55,332 nt of DNA from Octopus sinensis (Eukaryota). Shown one piece after another: positions 37,690 through 52,172 of this stretch. Position 1 is the first letter of the stretch; every line of letters begins with the position of its first letter. The stretch lies in NCBI RefSeq assembly GCF_006345805.1, contig NW_021834523.1:1-55332 (forward strand), given 5' to 3'. A program made the position numbers and the translations under genes. The notes under the pieces were generated by a model, which saw nothing but the letters and a program-made list of their open reading frames with translations, had not been told where the DNA came from and ran no database searches.

Positions 37690-38765
37690 GTTTCAGTCTT
37701 GGTACCTGACTTCATCATCCGTACCACAAAACCAAGCTATATTTAAATCCATTGTTAATACTGTTTCATTTATGCTACTTGGATTATCTGCTAATGAGGA
37801 AATGTTCTTACAGAATACCAAATATTACAACACTGCTTTATCTAGGGCCGGATATACTGAGATTTGTTCTATTCCTTGAGGAAATACTGAAAAAATACTT
37901 AAGAACAATGGTTTACACGCTCTACCACATATATGTAACACGCATTAAGGAAATATAAATTATTATGCTAATGTATATAGGTTTGCTTATAACGAGTTAT
38001 ATACATACACGAGTTATATACATACAAAAGGACTAAACATAGTAATAAGTACTTTAACCCCAGAAACAATTGTAATACGTCATACCACCGCGATAGAACT
38101 AGTATACATAGAAACAAATATACCAATGTAAATTAAGAGACCTACAGTATATAATAGAAATATCACATGGTGTAATGCTCCGTACAAAATTCATGTAGCC
38201 AAGAATTTCCTTTGAGGCGATAGACATTCAATTCCCCACCGCCAACAGTTATAGAAGCATTTTCAATAGACATACCGTAAAGTTTGCCTATTCCATTACA
38301 CTAACTTTAGCGGATACTTTAATGTATATTAACAGTAAGAAACCTAATATCATCGGCAGTAGTGAACGCACGTTTATCTATTTGGAATGTTTTGATCAAC
38401 GTAGCTCTATTCAAATAATGCACATCTACCTGTTTTCAAAACCGATTATTATGATACAGTATTTACTCTGAGTAGTAACCTAAACACTAATACACTAAAT
38501 AAGGCCTTTTATGACAACATACCTAATAGAATGCGCAGCTGTAGGAACCGTGATAGATACCCTGGGAATAATCTGATGCATAAGTGTTTTGAAATTCAAG
38601 GCTAGATAGATAACTATATTCATTCTTTAAAATACGAAATACAGCTGCACATTGTTGCCGAATTCATCTGGGACCTCAAAGGCAGAAATGTAGACTACTC
38701 CATTCCATAGTCTATCGTAATTAGTGCTCTTCCTCAGGAGAGAGGGGGCATTTGTAGTTGTAATT
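37690..38765 (+). mobile_element. Penelope-like element fragment P2, highly decayed
   Basis: LSANEEMFLQNTKYYNTALSRAGY (thumb), ITWCNAPY, FNRHTVKFAYS, SCRNRD and AEFIWDLKG occur in the same order as in P1 and P3. Confidence 0.8.
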
Positions 38766-38789
38766 CGTGCCCGATAGAGGTACTATAAA

Positions 38790-38861
<72 letters not shown>

Positions 38862-38974
38862 CGTTTATATATATACGTTTTCAACGGTGGTGCCAGATAT
38901 AGATAAGGCTGTTAGTAATAGCGTGCAAATAATGGGCTTAAAATCCCTTTGGATAGAAATGGTCGAATGCTTAC

Positions 38975-39725
38975 ACAATTTTCTTCTTTATGCCTTTAAC
39001 CCTCCAATGCGGAGTATAGGCCACTTATAGTTGAATTCCATGTCGCATAATTTTTCGCTTCTGTACTTATACTCTGCCATGAATGTCCCCCTTTCTCTAG
39101 TTCTTTTTGTGTTGATCTACGCCACGAGTTCTTAGGCCTACCTTTCTTTCTATATACATCCGGATTCCGCTGTAAAGCACTTTTCGCTACATTTGGTGTG
39201 TCTTTACTAATTGTGCTACCAATCCACTTCCACATTTTCTTAAATATTTGCTCCCCTAATCGAAACTTGATTTGTTCTTTGCCATTGCTCCATATTGCTT
39301 ATGTGTTCGGGCCATCTAATTTTAAGTATACTACACAAGCATTTGTTGATGAATGATTGTATTTGCTTATTTGACTTAACTGTTGTTCGCCATGTCTCTG
39401 CCCCATACAATAACACCGCTTTTACGTTAGTGTTAAAAATTCTTATTTTGTTCTTTATTGAAATTACACTTGCGCTCCATACTTTTTCTCACGGGTGAAT
39501 AGCGGTCCTTGCCTTACTTATTCGCATCTTAATATCTTCGTCTGTGCTGCCTGAAAATGTTATCTTACTATCTAAATACCTAAACTCGGCTACATCCTCT
39601 ACTTCACCGGTTTCTAGTTTAATACGTTCGCTGTTTTCTTTATTAACGCGCATAATTTTTGATTTGTCGCGGTTGACTTTCAATCCTAGTTTGGCAGCTA
39701 TTGCTTCTACTTTTTTTTTACACAA
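38975..39725 (-). mobile_element. RTE-clade LINE, 3' fragment
   Basis: LGLKVNRDKSKIM...FRYLDSKIT...DIKMRISKARTA; RIFNTNVKAVLLYGAETW; WKWIG...ALQRNP...KGRPKNSWRR. Confidence 0.9.
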
Positions 39726-40199
39726 TTTTAGTCTACTAAATTCCTTGATAAAGTATTGCTCGTCCTAGGCAGAGGAAACCCAAGTTGCCGCGCAGTCGCA
39801 CTGAACCTGAAACCACATGGTTTCAAAGCAAGCTTCTTAACTACACACCCATTCCTGCACTAATATATGTGCAGAATTGTATTCGACGAAGGTTTGTTTC
39901 ATGCATGTAGCTAAGAATATCTCCTGAAAATTGCTAGAAATTTTAAAGAAATTTGGCTTCTTCTTTCCTAGCAGATTGAGCAGCCGCATACAGCGACTCA
40001 TGACAATAACGTGTAGAATCGAGTTGAGTAACTAAAGAGTTTCACTTCCTCTGCGATGGAATTAAAATGATTTTGGCATATAAATTATACGTCCAACAAT
40101 CGATTAGTAATCGATACATCTGCTATAATAAAAGAAATCGCTGTTGCAAAGACATTGTCAAGTGCTGTTTTTTATATATTTTGTTTCTTTGTTTCTGTT

Positions 40200-40204
40200 T
40201 GAGA

Positions 40205-40279
<75 letters not shown>

Positions 40280-40645
40280 GCGTATGCTTAAAATGCTTTC
40301 ATGAGAAAATATAGAAACGAGAGTCTGTAAATATTTCAAGTTGTTCATTCAGAAGCATTTCATAGACTACGCGAAGACATTAAGTATGCAAGTCTCGCAA
40401 GATGTTCTGCCTCGTTCTTTGTAAGAATAATAACAATAATAATAATAATAATAATAATAACAATAATAATAAGAAAAGAAGAATAAGAAGAAGAAGAAGA
40501 AGAAGAAGATAGGCAAGAAGTAAAAAATCGGTGTAACTTTCATAGCACAAAGAAATTTTATAACAGTCATAATGACAATGGTGATGATGATAATAAAAAT
40601 AGTAACAACGGCAATAGTAGTAGTAGTGGTAGTAGTAGTGGTAGT

Positions 40646-40692
<47 letters not shown>

Positions 40693-40706
40693 AGGTGGTT
40701 GTGGTG

Positions 40707-40754
<48 letters not shown>

Positions 40755-40844
40755 ACGTTAACAAAAGTAATAATAGTAGCAATAACGAAAACAACAACAA
40801 TAATAATGATGATGATGATGATGATGGTGATGGTGATGATGATG

Positions 40845-40894
<50 letters not shown>

Positions 40895-40965
40895 GGTGAT
40901 GATGATGATGATGATGATGATGATGGTGATGGTGATGATGATGATGACGATGATGATAAAATATA
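40200..40965. repeat. (ATT)n, (TAA/GAA)n, (GTA)n/(GGT)n and (GAT)n arrays
   Basis: Read directly. Confidence 0.95.
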
Positions 40966-41985
40966 ATGGTGACCAGTTAAATTTTGCTCCTTTTTGTTTT
41001 CATTTTTTATTTTTATTTTAATTTTTTTTTTGTAAATTGTTCCCCTCTTCCTTAATCTTGCTATTTTTTCTATATGTAATTCGCTATTCAATCGTGGTAA
41101 CAGTTACATCAATGTGACGACGTGTGATTACGTATGCATTTCTCAGAATTCTTTAGAAATTGTAAAAATACGTGTGTTGGAGACCAAAAACGTCTTCGGT
41201 ATATTTACAAAAGGATCAATCAATTTCTTTCTATCTTTCTAATTTCGTTCGTTCGAGCGTTCATTTTTTTTTTCCCCATTTATTCTATGTATTTTGTTCA
41301 TTTTGTATATATTTTGTTTATTTTTTCTTATCTGTGTTCTTCCTTTGTTTTTTTGGTTATATTTGTTCTTCCAATTTTATAACTTTCTTCCATTTTTAGT
41401 TAGGTTTTCACCCCTCACCATACGCATACAAACACACACACACACTCTCACACTCACACTCAGACACACACACACACACACATACACACACATTTTTTTG
41501 GTGATTTTTCCATTTTTTTCATATTTCATACGTACATAAGGGTGTATGGGTGTATACACACACGTGTGTGTGTATGTGTGTGTGTGTGCACGCGTGCGTG
41601 TGTGTGCACGCGTGCGTGTGTGTGCGTGTGTTTGTGTGTGTGCTTGCATAGACGTGTATACATATGTGAATTTCTATATACCCGCACGCACACTCATATA
41701 CATGTGTATATCTTAATATGCATAATATACATGCATTTACATGCGTATATTATCAGTGTATATATATATATGTGTGTGTGTGTACATGTGTGCTTGTGTA
41801 CGCGTGTGTATGCTTAGGTGCGTGTGCATATGTTTGGGTGTATATTCTTGGGTGTGTGCGCAGGTGTTTGGATGTGTGACGCGTGTATATACGATAGATA
41901 AACATATTGACAGATAGATATACACATACATATATATACATACATACATACATACACACATACATACATACATACATACATACAT

Positions 41986-42016
<31 letters not shown>

Positions 42017-42399
42017 TACATACATACATACATACATACATACATACATACATACATACATACATACATACATTCATACATACATATACACATCATTGTG
42101 CCTATGTATGCGTGTGTGTATGGAATTTGTGGGCTCGTCTATGATATTAATATAAATTCTTTCATAAACTATATTTTTTTATATAATTCATTATATTTAT
42201 TTTATACGTTTTCTTTACTATTCTCATTTCATTTTTTTTTTATTTTCCTATATTCTCTGCTGTTTTAGTTCGACTTTTTACATTATTGATGTTGCTGTTG
42301 TTTTTGTTGTTGCTGTTGCTGTTGTTATCCCTGCCGTCAGTTACGGACAATGATGCCGTTGATTCCAACAGTTACATTTTTAACATATATTTACATATT

Positions 42400-42619
42400 C
42401 GTCTTCTTCTTCTTCATCTTCTTCTTCCTCCTCCTTCTCCTCCTTCTACTCCTTCTCCTCCTTCTCCTCCTTCTCCTCCTTCTCCTCCTTCTCCTCCTCC
42501 TCTTCCTCCTCTTCCTCCACCTCAACCTCTTCTTCTTTTTCTTCTTCTTCTTTTTTCTTTTTCTTTTTCTTCTTTTTTCTTTTTCTTCTTTCTTCTTCTT
42601 CTTCTTATTATTATTATTA

Positions 42620-42676
<57 letters not shown>

Positions 42677-42995
42677 TCCACCCTCTTCTTCTTCTCTTCC
42701 ACCTTCTTCTTCTTCTTCTTCTTCTTCTTCTTCGTCGTCGTCGTCGTCGTCATCGTCGTCGTCGTCATCGACGTCGTCTTCTTCCTACATTTCTTACTGC
42801 GACTCCGCCTACTCCTCCTTTGTAAAAATTTTGTAATCGGGCCTTTTGGTATTTCTTCAAGACCTTTGCCGTTCATCCGTCAGGGTCGATGAAATAAGTA
42901 CCAGTTGAGCGTTTGAATCGGTGTAATAGACAAGCGACCTCCCCTGAACTAAAGACCTTGTGCTTAATGTAGAAAAGATTATTATTATTATTATT

Positions 42996-43028
<33 letters not shown>

Positions 43029-43032
43029 GTCG

Positions 43033-43099
<67 letters not shown>

Positions 43100-43171
43100 T
43101 ATTATTATTATTATTATTACTATTATTATTATTATTATTTTATTACTATTATTATTATTATTATTATTATT

Positions 43172-43209
<38 letters not shown>

Positions 43210-43251
43210 TATTATTATTATTATTATTACTATTATTATTATTATTATTAC

Positions 43252-43290
<39 letters not shown>

Positions 43291-43332
43291 CATCATCATC
43301 ATCATCATCATCATTATTATTATTATTATTAC

Positions 43333-43383
<51 letters not shown>

Positions 43384-43385
43384 CA
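42400..43385. repeat. (CTT/CTC)n and (ATT/CAT)n arrays with an S1 fragment at 42850-42975
   Basis: Read directly. Confidence 0.9.
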
Positions 43386-43472
43386 TCTAAAGGTGGCGAG
43401 CTGGCAGGATCGTTTGCGTGCCGGGCGAAATGCTTAGCCTCATTTCGTCCGTCCTTACGTTCTGTTTAACCA

Positions 43473-43526
43473 CTTATTATCCTTAAGATTGCAATCGTTT
43501 CGTAGCCTTCATCAGGTAATAATAAT
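43473..43526 (-). ncRNA. Degenerate minimal hammerhead motif
   Basis: CUGAUGA-a-G(gcua)C-GAAA-c-gattgcaatc-UUA. Core intact; stem III palindrome has one mismatch; stem I partly retained (ttattat/ataataa). Confidence 0.5.
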
Positions 43527-43774
43527 TTCAATATATAGGGAATTAGTTTACATATCTACATTAGTATGCCTGCTACGCATTGTACAATAAAATTGTACAT
43601 CTACAAATCAGTGCAGATAAAAAAAGGCTAGCTCATCAAATCACCAGAACTTCGTGGTTACACTAATGCTTCACTCGAAGTATACATACAAAATCTTCCC
43701 TTTATATATATATACAATGTATGGAAGACCGATACTGGATAAAATTAGCTTGGTATGGTCATGAAAAATAAATG

Positions 43775-44180
43775 GCTGTGTGGTAAGTAGCTTGCTTACC
43801 AACCACATGGTTCCGGGTTCAGTGCCACTGCGTGGCATCTTGGGCAAGTTTCTTCTACTATAGCCTCGGGCCGACCAAAGCCTTGTGAGTGGATTTGGTA
43901 GACGGAAACTGAAAGAAGCCCATCGTATATATGTATATATATATGTATGTATGTATGTATGTGTGTGTGTGTATGTTTGTGTGTGTTGCCCCCCCCCCAA
44001 CCTCACTTGTCAACCGATGGTGTTGTGTTTACACCCCCGTAACTAAGCGGTTCGGCAAAAGAGACCGATAGAATAAGTACTAGGCTTAGAAAGAATAAGA
44101 CCTGGTGTCGATTTGCGCGACAAAAGGTGGGGCTCCAGCATGGCCACATTCACATGTCTAAAACAAGTAAAAGAGTATAT
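43775..44180 (+). mobile_element. SINE S2, full length
   Basis: Complete family match. Confidence 0.9.
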
Positions 44181-44622
44181 ATATATAAAAATAGAAAATC
44201 GTTATTGTCTCCTTTCATTTGTTCTTCCCTCTCAGAACCTTACAGTAGTCTGGAACAACTGAATCTTAGTCAGTCAGTTGATGGGCTCCACTACCTCAAA
44301 TGTTCTTACAATTTAGATCCACATCTTTGTCTATATATCTACCTTGTCTATAATGTTGCCACTTGATATGAACATTTTTGTATTAATGGAAAACCTCTAT
44401 AATTGGCTGATGAGTGCTCAGCATTTTAAAACTGTTGTCATACTTACAACATTTAATAAAATGATGTAGTACGAAACGATCGTACCAGATTACCGGAGTC
44501 ATTCTTGTTGCTTATTTTGATTATAATCAGCCCACGAATTTATATGGATAACACCATACAGAATTCTGGTGCATCTAAATTAAGTACCATATTCATTTGA
44601 ATCTAAATTTTTTGCTGAACTT

Positions 44623-44676
<54 letters not shown>

Positions 44677-44924
44677 CGGGAAGCTTTATGAAAATAGACC
44701 AAAGACGAAGATTGCGTTTGTGTATATATGTGTGTGTGTGTGTGTATGTGCACGCGCGTGTGTGTGCCTATGTGTGTGTGTGTGTGTGTGATGATCGTTC
44801 GCGCTTTTATTAATGTTATTTTTGTTATTTTTGAGGATGTTAATGTTGTTTTGATAGTCTTATATTTGATGGGCGAGAAGATTCATTGCATCGTTATTCA
44901 TGTTATTGCGTGCTGCTGTTGCCA

Positions 44925-45810
44925 TTGTAGTAGTAGTAGTAGTAGTAGTAGTAGTAAGTAGTAGTAGTGGGTGGTTGGTGGTGGTGGTGTGGTTGGTGGT
45001 GGTGGGGTGGTGGTGGTGTGGTAGTAGTAGTAGTAGTAGTAGTGTAGTAGTAGTAGTGGTAGTAGTAGTAGTAGTGAGTAGTAGTAGTAGTAGTAGTAGT
45101 GGTAGTAGTAGTAAGTGGTAGTGGTGGTGGTGGTGGTGGTGGTGGTGGTGGTGGTGGTGGTGGTGGTGGTGGTGGTGGTGCTGGCAGTGGTGGTAGCAGT
45201 GATGGTGATGGTGGTGATGAATGGTGGTTTAGTGGTGGTGGAGGTGGTGGTAGAGGTGGTAGTGTTGGCGGTGATTGTGAGTGGTGGTATTGGATGGTGG
45301 TCATGGTGGCCATGGCGGTTGTGGTAAGGGGCTGAAGACAGAGGAGGAGATGATGGTGCCGGTGATGGTAGTAGTGGTACTGTTGGTATTGGTAGTGGTA
45401 GTAACTACTGATGGTATAGGTGGTGGTGGTGGTGGTGGTGGTGGTGGTGATGGTTTGTGGTGGTGGTGGTGGTGGTGGTGGTGGTGATGGTTTGTGGTGG
45501 TGGTGGTGGTGGTGGTTTGTGGTGGTGCTGGTGGTGGTGGTGGTGCTGGTGCTGGTGCTGGTGGTTGTGGCGGCGGTGGTGGTGGTTCTGGTGCTGGTGC
45601 TGGTGGTGATGGTGGTGATGGTGGTGCTGGTGGTGGTGCTGGTGCTGTTGCTGGTGGCGGTGGTGGTGCTGGCGCTGGTGGTGCTTGTGCTGGTGCTGGT
45701 GCTGGTGGCGGTGGTGGTGGTGGCGGTGGTGGTGGTGGTAGTGGTGGTGGTGGTGGTGGTAGTGGTGGTGGTGGTGGCGGCAGCGGCGGCGGCGGCGGTG
45801 GTGGCGGGGC
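44925..45810. repeat. (GTA)n/(GGT)n/(GGTGCT)n G-rich array
   Basis: Read directly; source of the poly-Pro, poly-Gly and poly-His ORFs. Confidence 0.95.
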
Positions 45811-46320
45811 TGCGTCTGTTGTATTGGTATCAATCACGCACGTTCGCCATAAGAGCGAACAGGAAACCAACTGATTACACAAACGGATAATAAGACAAAT
45901 CAACGGATATAATGTGTCCATTCGTGATGTGTTTCCAGATGTAAGGATATAAGGTGATCCGACAAAGATAATCGCCAATCGGACACATCGTGATTGATTC
46001 CTAAGTCTCTGGATCAGTTTGGTGAGAGGAAAAAAAAACCATAGACTAACACTAAACAAGATATCAGCATTTCGCACTACACACAAACACACACATACAT
46101 ACATATACATACATACATATATACATACATACATGATGTAAAAAAAAAAACCTTTAGGTTTTAATCACCATATACACACTTCATATGTGGATTTGCAGTG
46201 CGTGTGTATGCAAATATATGAAGATAAATACAAATTTTGTAAGTTTGTGAGTGTATAAGGGTGTAGCTTTAAAAGTTATGAATATATGTGTGTGTATGTG
46301 TGCGTGTATGTATGTATGTA

Positions 46321-46358
<38 letters not shown>

Positions 46359-46396
46359 ATACTTACATACAAGGGCAAAGAGGGTACGGGCGCCGT

Positions 46397-46558
46397 TATA
46401 TATATTATATGTAGAAAAATACAACTGGGACAAGAACGTAAAACACTTAGAAGATGACACAAAAACTTGTTCGAATGTCCCATCCGTGTTTTTTGTGTCG
46501 TCTTCTAAGGGTTTTACGTTCTTGTCCCATTTGTATTTTTCTACGTATAATATATATA
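46397..46558. repeat. Inverted repeat, ~69-bp arms, ~24-nt loop, in (TA)n
   Basis: Four mismatches between the arms, two of which would be G-U pairs in a plus-strand RNA. Confidence 0.92.
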
Positions 46559-46914
46559 TATAATATATATATATATGTATAGAGGGCATTATTACACATA
46601 ATGCCTCACACTAGAGGGACAAAGTCATTACTACCAAAATTATACTAATCATACCCTAAATGCAGTTTTCAAAGCAACAAGACATTTAAAAAATGAATTT
46701 AGTTCTGTATCACCGTGATTTCACATTCAACTTACGTCTAGATCATCAGCAGAACTGATTCTGAACACATCATAAATAAACTACCACCTTACGTAGCGAA
46801 GACGAACAGACACCTGCCGACTCCGGCCAAGCACATGGAATGTTTATAAATCATATATCCGGTAAATGGCGGGCTTTTTACGAACTGCATGTCGGTAATG
46901 AAAAGTATTTCGGA

Positions 46915-47077
46915 ATAAGTTTAAAATTAAGGATAATCTCTTAATAAGGGATCTTAACAAGAAATTATCGGGTAGTTAGCGTGAAAACCTAGCGTGAAAA
47001 ATGAGGTTTTCACGCTAACTACCCGATAATTTCTTGTAAGATCCCTTATAAGAGATTATCCTTAATGTTAAACTTAT
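46915..47077. repeat. Near-perfect inverted repeat, ~75-bp arms, 13-nt loop
   Basis: One mismatch and two single-A bulges; the loop agcgtgaaaaatg repeats part of the arm. Confidence 0.95.
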
Positions 47078-47360
47078 ATATATATATATATCACTCACCC
47101 ATGACTGTTGATTAATCACTCAGCCATGACTTTTGATTTTTCATACTCTTTTCTTTACTGGTTTCCTATGCGTAGTCTCGATAATGTAAAGTATATCATT
47201 TGTAATGAAAATGGAAGATATTAATTTTGATAATTCGGAATAAGAATTATAGGTATTAATTTTGATAATTTTAATATTTAGTCTCACATGTGCATATTGT
47301 GGATAATGTCATTCAATGATGATTGAGTTGCTTGAGGGTGATTCTGTCTCATAAACCTCT

Positions 47361-47402
<42 letters not shown>

Positions 47403-47949
47403 TGTGTGTGTGTGTATGCACACGTGCTGTTGGCGATTTCTTTTCTTTATTTGAACTTTTCCCTTTCTCCTTTCCGACGAAGAACTATGCTCGAAATCTC
47501 AAAATCTCTCTCTTTTTGCTGAGCGTCAGACTAATACATTCCTTATGTACGTCGTCTTATCTGACATCATTAATTTATTGTTCGTTTATTTGAATTGATT
47601 GTATATATATACTTATATGTAAGTATATATATATATTCGTATATTTTATTTCGTATATTTTCACTTGTTTATGCTTGGGTTTGTGCTGAGTTGATTTGAG
47701 AACATAATCTTTTGTGGAGATGGCGATTTGACGTCTATATCTAGCATGTTGACTGTCCACTTTTCGTGTTCAGTCCTTAATGGTATATATAAATATTTTA
47801 ATCTTCGGATTCTTTTTAATATGCTAGACCACTGGTTTTAATTGATAAATATTGATTTCTACCCTTATTAATTTTATATATATATATATATGCATATATA
47901 TATATATATATAATATATATATCTATTATATACTATTATATGCAAATAC

Positions 47950-49065
47950 ATTTCTTGGCGCTACATTCTGTCTTGATACTGTATTATTGGAATCACTTCA
48001 TAAACCAAATGATCATATTAATTACATAAATGTAGCATCCGACCATCCACCCTCGATAATACGGGGATTAGTTAAGAATATTTCTACAAAAATTTCTAGA
48101 TTATCTGCTAATAAAAAAAATTTTGGAATCACATTCAGCTTATTATAATGCTGCTTTAGCTAGGACTTGGTACCGTGAGAAAATCCAGTATATACAAGAA
48201 GCTGACATACACAACACAGTCAATTCCTCCAATAATAATACCATTGTAGCCCATCATAACGTTACGGTATGAGATCTTACTCAGATCAAGAATACAAGCC
48301 AAGAAGAATTAGTCAAGGCAATGAACTACCAACGAAAACTCACAGACCTACACAACACAATAATCCAACTGCCCATAGCACAGAAAATTGTTCCAATCCT
48401 GTACAACACACTAGATCAAATAAGCCAAACAACAGATATAAGATATAAGATGATGGCCTTTGGTTCAACCCAATTTTCGATTCACATGCTTCAACCAAGA
48501 TCGCTGGAAAAATTTTTGCCGCTTTAGATAAACATTTTCCTAAATGGATACTATGCTATCTTTATGCTAAATAGATACTATGCTAAATAGACACTAAACT
48601 ATTTTTAATCGGCATACGTGAAGGTATCCTACGCTAGAGCAGTATATGCACCGCATAAACAATAGTAAAATGCGACAACAATTCAATACTGGATATAGCA
48701 AACATACGCATCTAAATACCAACGAAGCGTACGTAAACCGCAATAGTAAGCAACAAATATGGCCAAATTGTGATAGTAGAAATGATTATGATATATAACA
48801 TCGGAAAATGAAGTCAGAACTGCCATATATACAAATAAATATAATAAATGCTCATGGAGAGAAAAATCAAAATGCCCATTGTGAACCTCTGTATAAGTAA
48901 AAATCTTGTATGTAAATGTATCGTGCACACAAGAGGAGGGCCGTACATCATATTGGGCAAAGAAACGATTAATTCAAGAATCGTTATCGCAACCATGTTG
49001 CCAGCTTCAAGAGAGTCAATAAGAGACATTCAACAGCTTGAGTCGATTTTGTATACTAATTACGA
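47950..49065 (+). mobile_element. Penelope-like element fragment P3 (end of RT, thumb, linker, start of GIY-YIG)
   Basis: FLGATFCLD...HKPNDHINYINVASDHPPSIIRGLVKNISTKISRLSAN; YYNAALARTWY; WFNPIFD...LDKHFPK; FNRHT; NLCISKNLVCKCIVHTRGGPY; KNRYRNHVASFKR. Confidence 0.92.
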
Positions 49066-49584
49066 ACTGCAAAATTTACAAATGATACGAATGATAACTT
49101 TTAAAAATTTACAAGATAAAATAATTAGTACTATAACTTTTATTCGAAAATCTTTATTCGTCATTGCCTCCAATTTTATTCGTATATATTTTTCTTGTCA
49201 TTCCTTTCATTTTATATTATCACAAGTATATATTATATTTTTAACCCGATATTTTATTTTTAATCCTATATATTACTAATTTTATATTTATAGATATAAG
49301 TTACGTAAGAACATAGATTTTGTAAATTTTAGTTTTTCGTATTTTTTTCGCATTTTTATTTCTGATTATATTTTTGTAATTTTTGTTTTTGTAATTTTTT
49401 ATTGGAATTTTTTATTGGAATTTTTTATTTAAATTATGGCTTGTACTGTAGGGTCCAGCGAACCTATTTTACACATACTTATGGGTTTTAAAGAATTAAA
49501 ATATAGTTTATAGTATTGAACTATGAGAAAGTGATATAGGGGCCTGATGATTGAGGTTATATTTTAAGAATATATATATATTAA

Positions 49585-49648
<64 letters not shown>

Positions 49649-50300
49649 ATGTATGTATGTATGTATGTATGTATGTATGTATATGCATATGTATAGATAT
49701 CTAATGGTTGTTTTTATTTAAAGTTACAATATAAACAATTTCACATTAAACTGAAGGTTTACTCAGTCGCAGTTGCGGAGTACATATTTCTGACTATTTA
49801 GAAGAATGGCAGTGACAGTGACTTCGAAATTTCCTCCATTTAACAAGGCTAAAGATACTGAAACGTTGCGTCTGGAAATCCAAAAAGAGGGGCGACACTG
49901 GACAGATATATTGTTTTTACATCTTTTTACTATAAGAGAGAATTCTTTTCTCCGCGGTAAATGCAGTGAATTTGTCTTGTAAGTTGAAATACGTCACAAA
50001 CATTTTGAAACTAGCCTGCAGTTCCTTATGCCCAAAAGGGCTTGGCACTGATGCTGCTGAATATAAATATATATATAATATATATATATATCATATATAA
50101 TATACTATATATATATATATAATATATATGTATGTATGTATGTATATATATATATATATATATAATATACATACATATTATGTTGCGTATGTGTGTGTGA
50201 CTATATGTGCGTATATATGTATGCACACACACAATATACTTTTCATATATTTATGTGTAATACAATTATCTATCATCTATCTATCTATCTATATATGCAT

Positions 50301-50339
<39 letters not shown>

Positions 50340-50989
50340 TTATATATATATAGATATATATTACATGTATGTATATGTATATATGTATAGTATATATATA
50401 TATAATATATATATATTATATATATATTATATATATACATGTATGTATATGTATATATGGATTAATATATATATATATGCATGTTATATATATAATATAT
50501 ATATTAATATATGAATACATGCCCGCACATACACCACTCACTCACACTACACACACATAAACGGCCTCCTCCCTTCACTGTTCTCCCGCACATATACTCT
50601 CTTATCACTAGATATACTTGTACTTAGTAATAAAGGTAGATGAAAATTTATTGATAAACCTATAAAGAAAGCCTTTGTTGTTGGACAACGTTTCCGAAAA
50701 AAAAAACACAACTATCTTTATAACAGAACACAGAAATCACTTACAACTTTATGGGCCGACACCGAAAACAATCGTCAAAGGGAAATTTAACCAGGAATAG
50801 AAGAATGGGAAGAATACATTCTTTCATTAATATTTATAAGTAAACTCAGACAAGCTATTAATCTAAGATGGAAGTTGAGAATACAAACCTGTTTGGTTTT
50901 TTTTTTCATTTTTTTTGTCTGTGTTTATGTATTTGTTGTTCTTGTATTTATGCTGTTTATTATTTTTCATATTTTTGTCCATGTATCGT

Positions 50990-51243
50990 TCATCTTTTAC
51001 TTTGTTTCAGTCTCTGGACTGCGGCCACGCTGGAGCACCGCCTTGAAGGGTTTTTAGTCGAAGAAATCGACACCAATACTTATTACATTTATTTTTAATC
51101 TTTTGTTTTAACTTTGGTTCTTATACTACGGTTTCTATACTACTTATGCCGAACCGCTAATTTAAAGGAATGCAAACAAACCAACACCGTGTGTCAATCA
51201 GCTGGTGAAGAGAGCGCAAACACAAACAATAAAACGCACACAC

Positions 51244-51290
<47 letters not shown>

Positions 51291-51440
51291 TAGGCTTCCA
51301 CTCGGTTTCCGTTTACCAGATTCACTCACCAGGTTTTGGTCGTCCCACGATTATAGTAGAACACTCTTTCCCAAGTTTCTGCATAGTGGGACTGAAACCT
51401 AAACCTCATGGCTGCTAAGCGAGCTTCTTAATCACTCAGC
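50990..51440 (-). mobile_element. SINE S2, old diverged copy
   Basis: gactgcggccacgctggagcaccgcc tail, central (CA)n, and head ending near 51440. Confidence 0.75.
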
Positions 51441-52120
51441 CATGACTTGGTTTTTCATATTTTTCTCTTTGTTCTTTTGATTCTTTTACTGGTTTCATAC
51501 GTTGAAATGTGCACCCATGCCGGGTGGTTGAGAGTACCGTAGTCAAGAATTTTCTTGTTCTTTTTTTTTCTGTTGTTAGTTGATTATATATATGTCCACC
51601 GACAATTCGTCTGGTACTTATTTATCGTGACGTGTTCAAAGGACATCAATTTCAATTAAAATAAAAAGGCTGTAATCCATTACTGCCAACTATTTTTCTT
51701 CCACGATTTTCTCAGTCACACACCCCTACACACACAATCATTTCTATCTATCTTCATCAGTCGTCTGTCTGTCTGTCTGTCTGTCATCTATCTCTTTTAT
51801 ATGTATGTATTATATATATATATGGATGTGTGTTAATATATATATATATATTATATATTAATATATATAATACAATCAGAAAATGGAGGAACAAATTCAT
51901 TTCGATCATCAATTTATGGATGTTACAATTTCATTTATTTTATAATTATACAAATAGAAACATGAAAATCGAACAAAACAATATACATCAATATGCAAAT
52001 TAATAATAAAGTAAAAATAATACAAATAAACTGCTCCTTACTGCTGTTTCAGCCTATGGTCAAGAGAAATCAACTTGAAATTGATCAATATACCATTGTA
52101 GTATAGTATTAGGCATTAAG

Positions 52121-52172
<52 letters not shown>

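Noticed and set aside
49806-49982. 58-aa ORF MAVTVTSKFPPFNKAKDTETLRLEIQKEG..., with an FN...D.E.LR pattern like an annexin repeat start
   Set aside because: The diagnostic KG.GTDE motif is absent and no further annexin exons were found. A weak hammerhead-like reading of 49849-49872 also lacks stem I.
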